A DNA stretch of 64,000 nucleotides from a virus (taxonomy: Duplodnaviria; Caudoviricetes). The translations under genes and the position numbers were made by a program. The stretch is taken from IMG/VR virus record IMGVR_UViG_3300033802_000250. The stretch is one strand, 5' to 3'. The notes below the pieces were generated by a model. The model had not been told where the DNA came from. It ran no database searches and worked only from the letters and a program-made list of their open reading frames with translations. Below, piece by piece: positions 10,048 through 19,943 of this stretch (within the stretch, counting starts at the first letter, position 1; the number at the start of each line of letters is the position of its first letter).

Positions 10048-10350
10048 TTAATGAACGTGATACAGTGGAATACCTGTGATGCGGGCAAAAGTATCCATCA
10101 CCTCGTTCACGAAGTGATCGTTGTCCTCCTTGGGCCTATGGAAGCTGATATGAATGCCAGCCGAATCGGTGTCTGCGCTGACGCCCTCGATGGTAAAAAC
10201 AATCAGCACGGCTTGTTTGCCGTTGCTCACAGCGATTCTGAATACTTGGTCGGTCTCCAGTTCGCTATCATCAGCCTCGACATCGTACCCCGCATCGTAG
10301 TAGTATTCGATGAACTCCGTCAGCTTCTCGCCCAATTCTTCATAACCCAC
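10048..10350 (-). CDS. Hypothetical protein
   Basis: 100-aa ORF. Confidence 0.7.
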   Translation of the reverse strand: MGYEELGEKLTEFIEYYYDAGYDVEADDSELETDQVFRIAVSNGKQAVLIVFTIEGVSADTDSAGIHISFHRPKEDNDHFVNEVMDTFARITGIPLYHVH

Positions 10351-10399
10351 GAGACCACCTTCGTTACATAATGTGTACCAAGAGGTAATGCATTATGCC

Positions 10400-10912
10400 T
10401 CAGTCCCACTCAATCGGTTCGTCGTCGTCCCAAATGATGGGTTCATCATCGGGAATGACGCGCTTCTTTTTCTTCTTGATGGACTTGGCTTTTTCCTTCT
10501 TCTTCAGCAGTTTGATGTCGTCCAGACCGACGCGGTACATCCGATGGCCGGTTTCGTCATAGGGCTTGTCCAACTTTAACTGGATCGGGTACAAGAACGA
10601 AAACGGCAAGTCGTTGATCGAAATGTATTCGACCGTTCCCTTGATGCCGAGCGACAAAACCTTCACGCGGTCGCCGACTTTCGGTACGAAATACCTTCTG
10701 CTCATCTGCTTCACCAACTCTCCGACAAAATCAGGATCGAGCATGATGGATGGTGTCCACGCTTCGGTTTTGGTTCCATCCTCCCACTCTACATCTACCC
10801 GTGACAACGGAGAAAAGATCTTCGGCACGCCGGTCACGACTCCTTTGCGCCGCCATACCCGATCCATCACCCGGTCGCCGACATAATAATGACCGCGTTT
10901 GCGCTTCATCAT
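10400..10912 (-). CDS. Hypothetical protein with two SH3/KOW-like repeats
   Basis: VGDRV...KGVV and VGDRV...KGTV repeats; K-rich then acidic tail. Confidence 0.65.
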   Translation of the reverse strand: MMKRKRGHYYVGDRVMDRVWRRKGVVTGVPKIFSPLSRVDVEWEDGTKTEAWTPSIMLDPDFVGELVKQMSRRYFVPKVGDRVKVLSLGIKGTVEYISINDLPFSFLYPIQLKLDKPYDETGHRMYRVGLDDIKLLKKKEKAKSIKKKKKRVIPDDEPIIWDDDEPIEWD

Positions 10913-11079
10913 TACACCTGCTTCCGTTTGGCGAAGCGATCCTCATCGGCTTTCACTTTGCGCATCAGTTTATGGTAAACCTTGTGCGCCGTGATGTTGG
11001 TGATCGGCCTCGTGAATACGATGAAGGCGAGCGCGGTGCCGAGAAAGCTGAAAATCAGCGTTGACAGCCAGTGAGGCAT
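10912..11079 (-). CDS. Small membrane protein (55 aa)
   Basis: MPHWLSTLIFSFLGTALAFIVFTR...; AAGGAGG RBS; not in the ORF track. Confidence 0.7.
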   Translation of the reverse strand: MPHWLSTLIFSFLGTALAFIVFTRPITNITAHKVYHKLMRKVKADEDRFAKRKQV

Positions 11080-11828
11080 CAATAATACCTCCTTTTGAAC
11101 CCCTTGGGATTCATGAACTGATACTTGATAATCTCCCGGGTCTTAAAGTCGTAGGCATAAGCGATGCCTTTTTGCAGATCAACCATCGTCAGACGACAAC
11201 CGAACCCGGCTCCGGTATCAATGCCCATTTTTCTCCGCTGACGCGAAAACCACACGGTCGCTTCATCCGACGAAATGTTGCGATGGATTTGGAATGTAGG
11301 GGTGTGCCCGAACACAATCACCTGATCGAAGGTATGATACATATTCGGATTCCGCCAAGCATCGCATCCGTTGTACAGATACTCATGAAGCTGGCGGCCC
11401 ATCGTCGGAATGCGCGGGTCGATCCCGGCATGAACGAAGATGAAATCTTCGGTTTCATAATACGGAATGATCGCATCCAGCACCGTATTGATCGTCTCGT
11501 TGACATGATCGACTCCATGTCTTTGCACGGCAAGTTCGATGGATTTGAGCGTCGTGATTCCGCCGACATCCGGCGATACAAAGAAATGATGCGGCAACTG
11601 ACTTGTCCGATACTTCATGTACCAGATATCATGGTTGCCGCCGACGATCTTGCATCCTTCTTCGATCAATTGGGCGCATTCTTCAAACACACCCCACGAA
11701 TCCAGTCCACGATTGACCAGATCGCCGCAGATAATCATCTGCTCGGGATCCGGGTCAACGTAATCCAGAAGTTCAACGAACTGGCGTCCGTTGCCGTGGA
11801 TGTCCGAGATTGCCCATCTGATTTCCAT
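11079..11828 (-). CDS. PPP-family Ser/Thr phosphatase (metallophosphoesterase)
   Basis: SDIHG, GDLVNRG, GNHD, FVHAG, FGHTP and IDTG motifs. Confidence 0.9.
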   Translation of the reverse strand: MEIRWAISDIHGNGRQFVELLDYVDPDPEQMIICGDLVNRGLDSWGVFEECAQLIEEGCKIVGGNHDIWYMKYRTSQLPHHFFVSPDVGGITTLKSIELAVQRHGVDHVNETINTVLDAIIPYYETEDFIFVHAGIDPRIPTMGRQLHEYLYNGCDAWRNPNMYHTFDQVIVFGHTPTFQIHRNISSDEATVWFSRQRRKMGIDTGAGFGCRLTMVDLQKGIAYAYDFKTREIIKYQFMNPKGFKRRYY

Positions 11829-11875
11829 TATGCTACCCTCCTCTAATTGGCGAGACCCCGCCAATTAGCGGGGTC

Positions 11876-12337
11876 TTACTTGCCGGATTCTCCGAAGCCT
11901 CCGTCGCCTCGATCTGAGTTGCTCAAACGCTTGACGATGGCGTTGTAATCCTCCCGATTGTCCAGTTCTTCGATTTCCGTCGCCTCGGAAAACGGCATAA
12001 AGATCAATTGTGCAGGGCGAGTGCCCGCTTTGATCCGACGCGGCAGGAACGAAAGATTCGTGACAATGATGCCGATGTCGCCGTGATAGCCGTGATCGAC
12101 CGTACCGGAATGAACAAGCCAACCGTTCAGGCTTTCGCCGCTACGTCCTTTGATGCGGCCCAAATGTCCTGCGGGGATATGTACGCAGGCGTTGGACAAG
12201 ACTTTGCGGGTCTGGAATGGCAGAAACCATTTGGTCTCAGCGGCAAACAGGTCATATCCCGCGTCTTTGCCCGGGCGTTTGTTCATGTATCCCGGTATGT
12301 CTTTTTTGAGACGGTACATGTACGTCTTGAACTGCAT
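11876..12337 (-). CDS. dut: dUTPase (trimeric)
   Basis: AGYDL, GRSG, GTVDHGYHG, AQL and RGDGGFGESG motifs. Confidence 0.93.
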   Translation of the reverse strand: MQFKTYMYRLKKDIPGYMNKRPGKDAGYDLFAAETKWFLPFQTRKVLSNACVHIPAGHLGRIKGRSGESLNGWLVHSGTVDHGYHGDIGIIVTNLSFLPRRIKAGTRPAQLIFMPFSEATEIEELDNREDYNAIVKRLSNSDRGDGGFGESGK

Positions 12338-12349
12338 GATGACCTCCTG

Positions 12350-12652
12350 TTACTTCTCCAGAATGTAGACGTAACGCTCATCCACGGGGTCTTTGAGGGC
12401 GATATTGAACTCCCGCAGTTCCATGTTGGCAAGAATTTGCGCGGCCTTCTCGATGACACCGGCCACGCGCTGACGATAAGCGGTGAGTTCTGCGTCGGCG
12501 GGAGTCGCATTTTGCAGGGTATAATCCGCAAACAGCAATCCCTTGTTTTTGCCGCTGGCGCGTTTCTTGATCCTCAGCGTTCGGATTTCACCCTTGCGCA
12601 CATGGTTGGCAATGCGGATGAGCGTATCCACAGTAACTTGTTCGCTTGGCAT
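12350..12652 (-). CDS. Hypothetical protein
   Basis: 100-aa ORF downstream of an extended -10 (TGCTATAAT near 12705). Confidence 0.7.
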   Translation of the reverse strand: MPSEQVTVDTLIRIANHVRKGEIRTLRIKKRASGKNKGLLFADYTLQNATPADAELTAYRQRVAGVIEKAAQILANMELREFNIALKDPVDERYVYILEK

Positions 12653-12714
12653 ATGGTCTCACATCCTATGCAGGAATTAGGGGGAGCGGGTTGGCTCCCC
12701 TGTCATTATAGCAT

Positions 12715-13323
12715 TTACGCGGCAGGGTCGTCCTCGTTTTCCTTCTCTTTGCGCTTGGCTTCGATACGCTGGATTTTCTTCTCCAGCCAATCCAGAAATT
12801 CTTCAGCCTGCGTTTGCAGAAGTTCGTTGAACTCCTCTGCCCCGGTTTGCTTTTCCATCCAAGTGTACAACTTGGCGTCGGATATCTTCGCGGCCTTTGC
12901 CATCCGCTTGATCTTGCCGATGATTTTCGGGTCTGCCAGATCCGGCTCGTAAATGAGCAGTTCCTCCTTCGTAACCATGTCAATGTTGAGATAGTCACGA
13001 AGGGCGCGGCCTTTGGCCCGGGTGAGAGCCATGCGCGGCGCGTGCGGGCCGACCATTTTGTTGCAGTTGCGTTCGCTGGCGTCCGCTTCTTCCATGCCGA
13101 CAATCTGGCCGTTCTTATCGTAGATCTCCGCGCGGGCAAAGGTTGTCCACTTGTTTTCCGCGCAGGGATACTGCGTAATATAGGCCCGGATGTGGCCGAA
13201 GTCGGGTTGCTGATGCGCCAGCGCCAGCAGGCCGGGATACTCCACAAATTCCTTGCCCTTGAGGTTCTTGATGTACTTCTTACGGAACTCATCCGTAAGC
13301 TCGGGGCGCTTCTTCTCGGCCAT
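12715..13323 (-). CDS. Hypothetical protein, possibly an ssDNA-annealing protein
   Basis: MALTRAKGRALR motif recalls Rad52/Redbeta-like annealases; unverified. Confidence 0.45.
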   Translation of the reverse strand: MAEKKRPELTDEFRKKYIKNLKGKEFVEYPGLLALAHQQPDFGHIRAYITQYPCAENKWTTFARAEIYDKNGQIVGMEEADASERNCNKMVGPHAPRMALTRAKGRALRDYLNIDMVTKEELLIYEPDLADPKIIGKIKRMAKAAKISDAKLYTWMEKQTGAEEFNELLQTQAEEFLDWLEKKIQRIEAKRKEKENEDDPAA

Positions 13324-13381
13324 TGATTTCATTCCCTTCTGTTACTTATTATATAACATATTGTAACACTCTGGCACAACT

Positions 13382-15343
13382 TTATACTTCCTCGATCAGC
13401 GAATCCGGGATCGTGTACAGGAAGCGCGATGGGCTTTTGGTTTCCCAAAGCCGTTGATAATTCATCCGTTGCCGTGCCATCGTGATATACAATAGCTTCT
13501 CCGCTCGGGTAATACCGACGTAAGCAAGGCGGCGTTCTTCCGCGATATCGCCTTCTTCAACAGCGCTGGCGTGCGGAAGCAATCCCTCCTCGAATCCGAC
13601 GAGAAAGACCACGGGAAATTCCAACCCTTTTGCCGTATGCAAGGTCATCATCTGCACCTTGTCGGCATCCTGCTTAGCGGATACCTTGTCAGCCTGTGCG
13701 GTAAGCGCTATTTGATCGAGGAAGTCCTGAACCGTTGGATGATTGTTCTCCTCCTCGTAACCTTTGGCGATCTTCACAAGCTCCATAATGTTGTCCACAC
13801 GCCGCTCGGATTCCTCGGAGCCTTCCTCCTTCAGTTTGTCAACATACCCGGTGTGCTTGAACACAAGATCAAGCATATCGCTGATCGGAGTGTCCGTGAC
13901 ATGCTTTCCGGCCTCATAAATCGTATTGAGCCGGACAACGATCTGCGTAAGCCCGGCGATAGCCGCCTGCGCCTTGACCGTTTTCGGTTTGAAATACTCC
14001 ACCGCTTCATACAAGCTGGAGTTTTCCTTGCGTTGTTTGCTGACGATGGCTTCGATGGTTGTCTTGCCGATGCCGGGAAGCATTCCAAGCACGCGCTCGC
14101 ACGCAATATCGTTGTCAGGGTTGATCGCAAGCTGAAGCCATGCAAGGATGTCTTTGATCTCCTTGCGCTCATAGAAGCTGAAACCGGACACCATATTGTA
14201 GGGGATCTGGTGGATCATCAGCTTTTCCTCGAACAGCCGCGACTGAACATTGGTACGGTAAAGAATTGCGAAATCGCCGTAGGAGTAGCCCTCGAATCGC
14301 ACAAGGTTATTGATCTCCTGCGCGACGAACTCGGCCTCCTCCATATCGGTGCGAGCGGAGAACTTGCGGATTTTGTCGCCGACCGAATTGTTCGAGAAGC
14401 AGGTTTTCTTCATCTGGTTCTGCGCGTTCTCCATCAGCTTGTTGCCCGCTTCGACAATGGTCTGCGTGGAACGATAATTCTGCTCCAGCTTGACGATCTT
14501 TGCGCCGGGATAATCCTGCTGGAAGTTCAGGATCTTCTGAACGTCTGCGCCACGCCAGCCATAGATCGACTGGTAGTCATCGCCGACGATGAAGATATTG
14601 TTCGCCTTCCCGACAATTTGTTTAACGATGCGGTACTGGCATTCGTTTGTATCCTGATACTCGTCCACCATGACGTACTTGAATTTCTTCTGGAACTTGC
14701 GACGCACGTCCGGGTACATCTCCAGTACATGAACCATGCGCATCAGCAGGTCGTCAAAGTCCATCGCGTTCAGGCGTTGAAGCCTGTCTTGGTATTCCTT
14801 GTAGACCTTGTAGAACGTATGATCTTTGTCATACAGGATGTGATTCCGGGCGTCCTCCGGCGTCATCATCTCATTCTTGCAATTCGAGATGCGGTCTTTG
14901 TAGATGCGCACGGCGGTCGCGTTGCTCTCCAGATTGAAGTCTTTCAGTACGCTACGGATGACCTTGTTTTGGTCATCTTCGTCATAGATCGTCCAATTCT
15001 TCTTCAGACCGGCCTCCGCATAGAACCTGTGAAGCCAGCGCACACACAGGCTATGGAATGTTCCGATGGTCAGCTTCTTGGTACTATCCGGGCCGACCAG
15101 TTTTCCGATTCGCTCCTTCATCTCATTGGCGGCCTTGTTGGTAAACGTGACCGCCATGATATGTCGAGGATCAACACCCTTCGCGATCAAATACGCAATG
15201 CGTGTGGTCAATACAAGGGTTTTCCCAGAGCCCGCGCCTGCAATGACGAGCGTGGGCTCCTTGAGCGTATCTTTCACAGCAACGCGCTGTTGGGGGTTCA
15301 ATCCTTTGAGCAACTGCTTTCTCTGCTCGATGGTCGTTGTCAT
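13382..15343 (-). CDS. pcrA: PcrA/UvrD SF1 DNA helicase
   Basis: AGAGSGKT, VDEYQD, VGDDYQSIYGWRGA, LEQNYRS, HTAKGLEF and YVGITRA motifs. Confidence 0.96.
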   Translation of the reverse strand: MTTTIEQRKQLLKGLNPQQRVAVKDTLKEPTLVIAGAGSGKTLVLTTRIAYLIAKGVDPRHIMAVTFTNKAANEMKERIGKLVGPDSTKKLTIGTFHSLCVRWLHRFYAEAGLKKNWTIYDEDDQNKVIRSVLKDFNLESNATAVRIYKDRISNCKNEMMTPEDARNHILYDKDHTFYKVYKEYQDRLQRLNAMDFDDLLMRMVHVLEMYPDVRRKFQKKFKYVMVDEYQDTNECQYRIVKQIVGKANNIFIVGDDYQSIYGWRGADVQKILNFQQDYPGAKIVKLEQNYRSTQTIVEAGNKLMENAQNQMKKTCFSNNSVGDKIRKFSARTDMEEAEFVAQEINNLVRFEGYSYGDFAILYRTNVQSRLFEEKLMIHQIPYNMVSGFSFYERKEIKDILAWLQLAINPDNDIACERVLGMLPGIGKTTIEAIVSKQRKENSSLYEAVEYFKPKTVKAQAAIAGLTQIVVRLNTIYEAGKHVTDTPISDMLDLVFKHTGYVDKLKEEGSEESERRVDNIMELVKIAKGYEEENNHPTVQDFLDQIALTAQADKVSAKQDADKVQMMTLHTAKGLEFPVVFLVGFEEGLLPHASAVEEGDIAEERRLAYVGITRAEKLLYITMARQRMNYQRLWETKSPSRFLYTIPDSLIEEV

Positions 15344-15354
15344 CGGTGTGCCTC

Positions 15355-16302
15355 CTATTCAAAGGACAATTTCTTGGCCCCCAAATTCTTCTTGATCGTC
15401 TTGATGTGTTCCTTCATGTTTTCAAACAAAACCGCAATGCGGCCTTTCTTGATAGCGGCCTTGCCAAGATTGCCGCTCCCCGCGAACTGATCGACGACGA
15501 TTTCGCCCGGGAGCGTTACAGCTTCGAGAATTTGCTCATAGAGCGATACAGGCTTTTCCGCCTGATGGATGCGCTCATTGCGCCCCGGCGGCTGGCAATC
15601 GAACTCCGTCGGAAGCATATAGGCGGTGCCGCTCATATAATGCGGCTCGCCGGTCGCCTTCGTCTTCTTGACATCGGGCCGGAGAGCGCGGGCTTTGCCC
15701 TTGGTGAAGAACATGATGTCCTCTGTATTCTTCGCCTTGCGGCCTGTGTTGGCAACAAAGGTGCCTTTCTTCCACGGCACCTTAGCGTAGTAGTAGAGTC
15801 CGCACTCCTCGGCCATTTTCTTGATCTGGTACAGGTATTCGTAATTGTTTTCGTTCTCTGCGGGCAGGACTTCCACCAGAAAACCTCCGGGCCGCAATAC
15901 CCGGGCCTTCTCTTTGAAGTCGTCCAGTGTATAGCGGAAACAATTATCCTCGTATGTGGATACGAATCCGCGATTACCGCCGCGATGCGACTTCTCATCT
16001 TGCCACGGATGATCGGTGACAATGGCATCCACTGAACCGTCCGCAAAGAACGAAAGATCCCTGCCGTTGCCGCGAAGGACAATGACACCGCCGCCGGTCT
16101 CCGGGTCGAGCGCACAATATACGCCTTTGGCGACACGCTTAAACAGCTTCGCCAGATTCGTATAGATACGCCCCCGGATTGTCGTCTCCGGCTTATCCGG
16201 GATCTCCTTGTAGATTTCTTGGATGTGCATCGGTCGCCCACGGCTGACCAGAATTTTATAGATGCGTCTTGCCAATACTTCTTCCTTTGTCAGTTTCGCC
16301 AA
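15355..16302 (-). CDS. N4/N6 DNA methyltransferase (beta class) with N-terminal HTH
   Basis: IVTDHPW (motif IV variant), HQAEKP, VVDQFAGSG (motif I). Confidence 0.85.
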   Translation of the reverse strand: MAKLTKEEVLARRIYKILVSRGRPMHIQEIYKEIPDKPETTIRGRIYTNLAKLFKRVAKGVYCALDPETGGGVIVLRGNGRDLSFFADGSVDAIVTDHPWQDEKSHRGGNRGFVSTYEDNCFRYTLDDFKEKARVLRPGGFLVEVLPAENENNYEYLYQIKKMAEECGLYYYAKVPWKKGTFVANTGRKAKNTEDIMFFTKGKARALRPDVKKTKATGEPHYMSGTAYMLPTEFDCQPPGRNERIHQAEKPVSLYEQILEAVTLPGEIVVDQFAGSGNLGKAAIKKGRIAVLFENMKEHIKTIKKNLGAKKLSFE

Positions 16303-16317
16303 TGTTACTCATCCCCT

Positions 16318-16737
16318 TCATATGTTTTGTCTCTCTCCGAAGGGATCCCGCCTGATATTCTCGTAGACAATCCATGCATCCTTGAGCATCAATTCATCCG
16401 GGAAACGTACATAAACGCGGGCGGCGGCAGGATCATTGTCCAGCACCGTCGCCTCAACCACTTCGTATCCCGTAATCGGCTTTGACAACACAAGAACGGG
16501 ATCGCCTTGCTTCAGTTTGGTCTTCTCATCGAATGCTTCTTCCTTGAGCAACTGATAGGCCGCCTGCCGATGAATCGAAGCTTGCTTGGGCTGTTGTGCT
16601 TCCAGAAGCTCGATGTGCCGCTCCAGCAGGATGCTTTGTCGCCCCACTTGCGCGGCCAGTTCACGAATGACATCAATCAGCATTGGAAGCTGTTGATCGA
16701 AAAAGCGCCGCCCATATCCCGTTTCATGAAACTGCAC
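16318..16737 (-). CDS. Hypothetical protein
   Basis: QFHETGYGRRFF N-terminus; GTG after GAGGTGA. Confidence 0.65.
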   Translation of the reverse strand: MQFHETGYGRRFFDQQLPMLIDVIRELAAQVGRQSILLERHIELLEAQQPKQASIHRQAAYQLLKEEAFDEKTKLKQGDPVLVLSKPITGYEVVEATVLDNDPAAARVYVRFPDELMLKDAWIVYENIRRDPFGERQNI

Positions 16738-17077
16738 CGGTTTCACCTCTTTCTTTAAGGAAATTGGCAAATTGCTCCTCAAAAACGCCAAGTCGAATCA
16801 CCGTGCGCAGGCTGAACGGAAGCCTGTACAGATCCGGGTTGGCTTTGATGAAGTCATAGAACAACTTGCACATGTCGAAATACTCCTCGAAGTAATCCGG
16901 CAGAATTGTACAATGTTCAATGAAGACTTGCAGGTAATCCGGGTTGTTGATTTTCTCCCGGTGCTTCATCACGAAGCGAGCAAAGTCTTCATCCTTGCCG
17001 AAGTTGTGGATGCGAACCAGCGTCTTGAGAAAGTCCACATCCACTGGCGGCCACTGCTTGCGAAAATCCTCCCCCAT
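16724..17077 (-). CDS. Hypothetical protein
   Basis: 117-aa ORF after the recA terminator. Confidence 0.65.
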   Translation of the reverse strand: MGEDFRKQWPPVDVDFLKTLVRIHNFGKDEDFARFVMKHREKINNPDYLQVFIEHCTILPDYFEEYFDMCKLFYDFIKANPDLYRLPFSLRTVIRLGVFEEQFANFLKERGETGAVS

Positions 17078-17100
17078 GAATCGTCCCTTCTCCAGTCCGC

Positions 17101-17127
17101 AAAAAGAGGGGCGATCTGCGCCCCTCC
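17101..17127 (-). terminator. Intrinsic terminator after recA
   Basis: GAGGGGCG/CGCCCCTC stem followed by a T run. Confidence 0.7.
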
Positions 17128-17129
17128 TC

Positions 17130-18380
17130 TTAATCCTCGGCTTTTTTCTTTTTGGATTTGCCCTTGGATTTGCTTTTCGATTTGTTGTCGTCCTTCGCCA
17201 TCTTTTCTTCTTCAGCGGCGATTTCGGCTTCGATAGCCTCCAGCTTGCGGATTTCCTCCATCTCCTCCTCGGACTGGTAGGTCGGAAGGAGTTGTCCCCG
17301 CGAAACGGCACCGGCCAATTCTTCGCGAAGCTGTGTGACGAACCAGTCGTTTTCGATCAGGAACTTGCGCAGTTCTGCGCGTCCGTTCCACTTGAGCGGC
17401 ACGTTGAGTTTCGGCTTGCCGTCTACAACGGCCTTCTTCGCCACAATCAGTTCTCCGTCTTCTTTCTCGTAGTAATACCACGCGCCGGAGTTACGGAGAA
17501 TGCCCGCTTCGGGAGCCTTGCTGATGATTTCGGAGACCTTATCTACGCCTTCGCCGTACTTGATGACGTATTGCCCCTTCTTGTACGGATTGTCATAGAC
17601 ACAACGGTTCTTCGCAATCCGTACGCCGATCTTCATGAACTCGTCATCGGGGTAGATCTTCTTCTCCGCATCATCGAAGACGAGTTTGTTCAGGCCGACG
17701 CGAAGTGATGAATAGTAGGCGAGCGCCCGGCCACCGGTCGTAACGTTCGGATCACCAAACATCACGCCGACGTTCGTGCGAAGCTGGTTGATAAAGATAG
17801 CATACAAGCCGCGCTTGGCGATGATAGCCGTCCATTTGCGCATCAGCTTGGACATCATCCGCGCTTGAAGCGCGATGTCCTGCTTTTCCATTGACTCGGA
17901 AAGCTCCTTCTTCGGAGTCAGACCAGCAACAGAGTTGATGGCGAATCCCTTGATGTCGCCGGAACGCAGATATGGTTCCATCCGGTCGATGAGCGTCTCG
18001 CCGCCGGACTCGTCCTGTTCGACAAGGATCAGACGATCCGGGTCGATACCATGTATCAAGCTGGCGTAGTCCATGTCGAACGGCTCCTCGGTCTCGCCCC
18101 AAACCCAAATGGCATCCGGGTCACGAGCCATATCCTCGCCGATGGTTTCTTCCACAAGAGAGGTTTTGCCGCTCGATTGCGGCCCGAAGATTTCGGTAAT
18201 GCGGCCCTTCGGAAAGCCGCCGCCGGTGATGAGGTTGAACTCCTGCGACGGCGTCGGCAAAAACTCCAGCGGCTTTGCGATGTCTTTGCCGTAGCCGACG
18301 ACAATAGAACCAGCACTTTTGTTTTGTGCGTCCATGATTTTCTGGAGACGCGCCTTCTTCTCAGCCAATGTAGAACCCAT
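17130..18380 (-). CDS. recA: RecA recombinase
   Basis: GGFPKGRITEIFGPQSSGKT, NSVAGL, ARMMSK, FINQLR and TTGGRAL motifs. Confidence 0.96.
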   Translation of the reverse strand: MGSTLAEKKARLQKIMDAQNKSAGSIVVGYGKDIAKPLEFLPTPSQEFNLITGGGFPKGRITEIFGPQSSGKTSLVEETIGEDMARDPDAIWVWGETEEPFDMDYASLIHGIDPDRLILVEQDESGGETLIDRMEPYLRSGDIKGFAINSVAGLTPKKELSESMEKQDIALQARMMSKLMRKWTAIIAKRGLYAIFINQLRTNVGVMFGDPNVTTGGRALAYYSSLRVGLNKLVFDDAEKKIYPDDEFMKIGVRIAKNRCVYDNPYKKGQYVIKYGEGVDKVSEIISKAPEAGILRNSGAWYYYEKEDGELIVAKKAVVDGKPKLNVPLKWNGRAELRKFLIENDWFVTQLREELAGAVSRGQLLPTYQSEEEMEEIRKLEAIEAEIAAEEEKMAKDDNKSKSKSKGKSKKKKAED

Positions 18381-18392
18381 GAGTGAAACCTC

Positions 18393-18701
18393 CTACTGCA
18401 AGATCTTTTGGAGATGGATGACTTTATTCAGGAGTGCTTTCTTTGCCACGGGATTGATGCCAAGATTTTGCACATCCTTGAGGATGTCCTCCAAAAGCCG
18501 TTTGGGATCGGATACGCTGATGGCTGATTTCGGCAGGATGTCAGCCTCCATATACTTTTGCCGAGCATCTTCGATGTCCTGCAATACCAGATGTTTTGCC
18601 TGTTCCGGCGATTTACCTTCAGAACGATAAGCATCCAGCAGATAAATAATCGACTGCTCGAACATTGCCTTTGCGCCTTCGCGCTTGCGATTCTTTGCCA
18701 T
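18393..18701 (-). CDS. Hypothetical protein
   Basis: 102-aa ORF; TAG stop in frame with the recA ATG. Confidence 0.75.
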   Translation of the reverse strand: MAKNRKREGAKAMFEQSIIYLLDAYRSEGKSPEQAKHLVLQDIEDARQKYMEADILPKSAISVSDPKRLLEDILKDVQNLGINPVAKKALLNKVIHLQKILQ

Positions 18702-18767
18702 AGCGACCTCCTTGTTTTGGAGGAATAAGGGGGCGGGGTTTCCGCCCCCGTTTACGCCGCGAGACGA

Positions 18768-19406
18768 TCAGTCTTCATCATCGTCGTAGAAGTCATCGTC
18801 ATCATCGTCGTAGTCCTCATCGTCATCCTCATCATCGTCGCGGGACTTGGCTTTGGACTTGGACTTGCCTTTGTCTTTTCCTTTGTCCTTGGACTTCGAC
18901 TTGGATTTGGACTTCTTCGACTTGCTGTCGTCTTCGTCCTCATCCTCATCATCGTCCTCGTCATCGTCGCGGGACTTGCCGCGCCGTTCAGAACGGGACT
19001 TGCCTTTCTTGTCGTCCTTGCCTTTGCCCTTCTTCTTTTTCTTCTTGTCGTCCTCGTCATCATCCTCGTCGATGGTCGAGGCGACAGCTTCCGAGAGGGC
19101 TTTCGGCAACAGGTTGACGCGGCCGCACTTGAAGCTGATCCGTTCTTCTTCGTCGCCGTCCTCGCCGCGATACACATCCAGATCGCAGTTCATGCACTCG
19201 ATCCAGTGGCCCTTGCCTGCGTACTCGCGTACATAGGCCGCATCGTGGCCGAAGATCGCGACAACCGGATAGTTGTACGGCATGTCGTCTTCCTTGACGA
19301 ATTGCTTCTTGCATTCCACGACGACTTTGAGGAATGCCTTTTCGCCATCCTTCTCGTTGTCGAAAAGGATGCGTTTGATCGTACCCGAAATTGTTGCGCT
19401 GAACAT
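18768..19406 (-). CDS. SSB-like OB-fold protein with D/K-rich tail
   Basis: ATISGTI...VVAIFG..A.YV.EYAGKG pattern; acidic C-terminus. Confidence 0.65.
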   Translation of the reverse strand: MFSATISGTIKRILFDNEKDGEKAFLKVVVECKKQFVKEDDMPYNYPVVAIFGHDAAYVREYAGKGHWIECMNCDLDVYRGEDGDEEERISFKCGRVNLLPKALSEAVASTIDEDDDEDDKKKKKKGKGKDDKKGKSRSERRGKSRDDDEDDDEDEDEDDSKSKKSKSKSKSKDKGKDKGKSKSKAKSRDDDEDDDEDYDDDDDDFYDDDED

Positions 19407-19443
19407 ATTCTGTTCAACCTCCTTGGATTGGTTTGTGATCGTT

Positions 19444-19480
19444 GTTACCCTTAGTATTACCAGTTGTAACGAAGTTATGC
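19444..19480 (-). promoter_or_regulatory. Repeated phage promoter motif
   Basis: GCATA-N5-GTTACA-N3-GGTAATACTA-N3-GTAAC. Confidence 0.7.
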
Positions 19481-19495
19481 ACTAAAGAAACAACA

Positions 19496-19522
19496 CCCCT
19501 GAACGGGACACCGTTCAAGGGG
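19496..19522. repeat. GACA-loop hairpin motif copy (terminator-like, after HU)
   Basis: CCCCTGAACGG-GACA-CCGTTCAAGGGG. Confidence 0.85.
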
Positions 19523-19551
19523 TTGCTCCTTCTGCCGGATCGAGCCGGAAA

Positions 19552-19830
19552 TCATCGCGCGATGGCGTCGTTCAGCTTCTTGGCGGCCTTGAACGAAGCC
19601 TTCCGGGATGCCGGGATCGTGATTTGTTCGCCGGTTTGCGGGTTGCGGCCCCGGCGGGCGGCGCGTTCTCTGACGCCGAAGGTGCCGAAACCGTGGATTT
19701 CGACCTTCTCGTCGGATTGCAGGCCGTGCGTGATGCACTCCAGCACTTGCTCCAGTTGCCGTTCAGCGGCGGCTTTCGACGGAGCGCCGTGTTCGCTCAC
19801 CAGACGTTGAATGATCTCTGCTTTTTTCAT
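19552..19830 (-). CDS. hup: HU family DNA-binding protein
   Basis: GFGTFGVRERAARRGRNPQTGE; sigmaA-like TTGTAA-N16-TATAAT upstream. Confidence 0.95.
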   Translation of the reverse strand: MKKAEIIQRLVSEHGAPSKAAAERQLEQVLECITHGLQSDEKVEIHGFGTFGVRERAARRGRNPQTGEQITIPASRKASFKAAKKLNDAIAR

Positions 19831-19943
19831 TGAGATGTTCCTCCTTAATGACATTGTCAATTGTGATTTCTGTGGCTATTATACCACATTGCCCTTATTT
19901 TACAAGGGGATGTTGCAATTTTTGTAGGTTTCTGTAACAGCCG

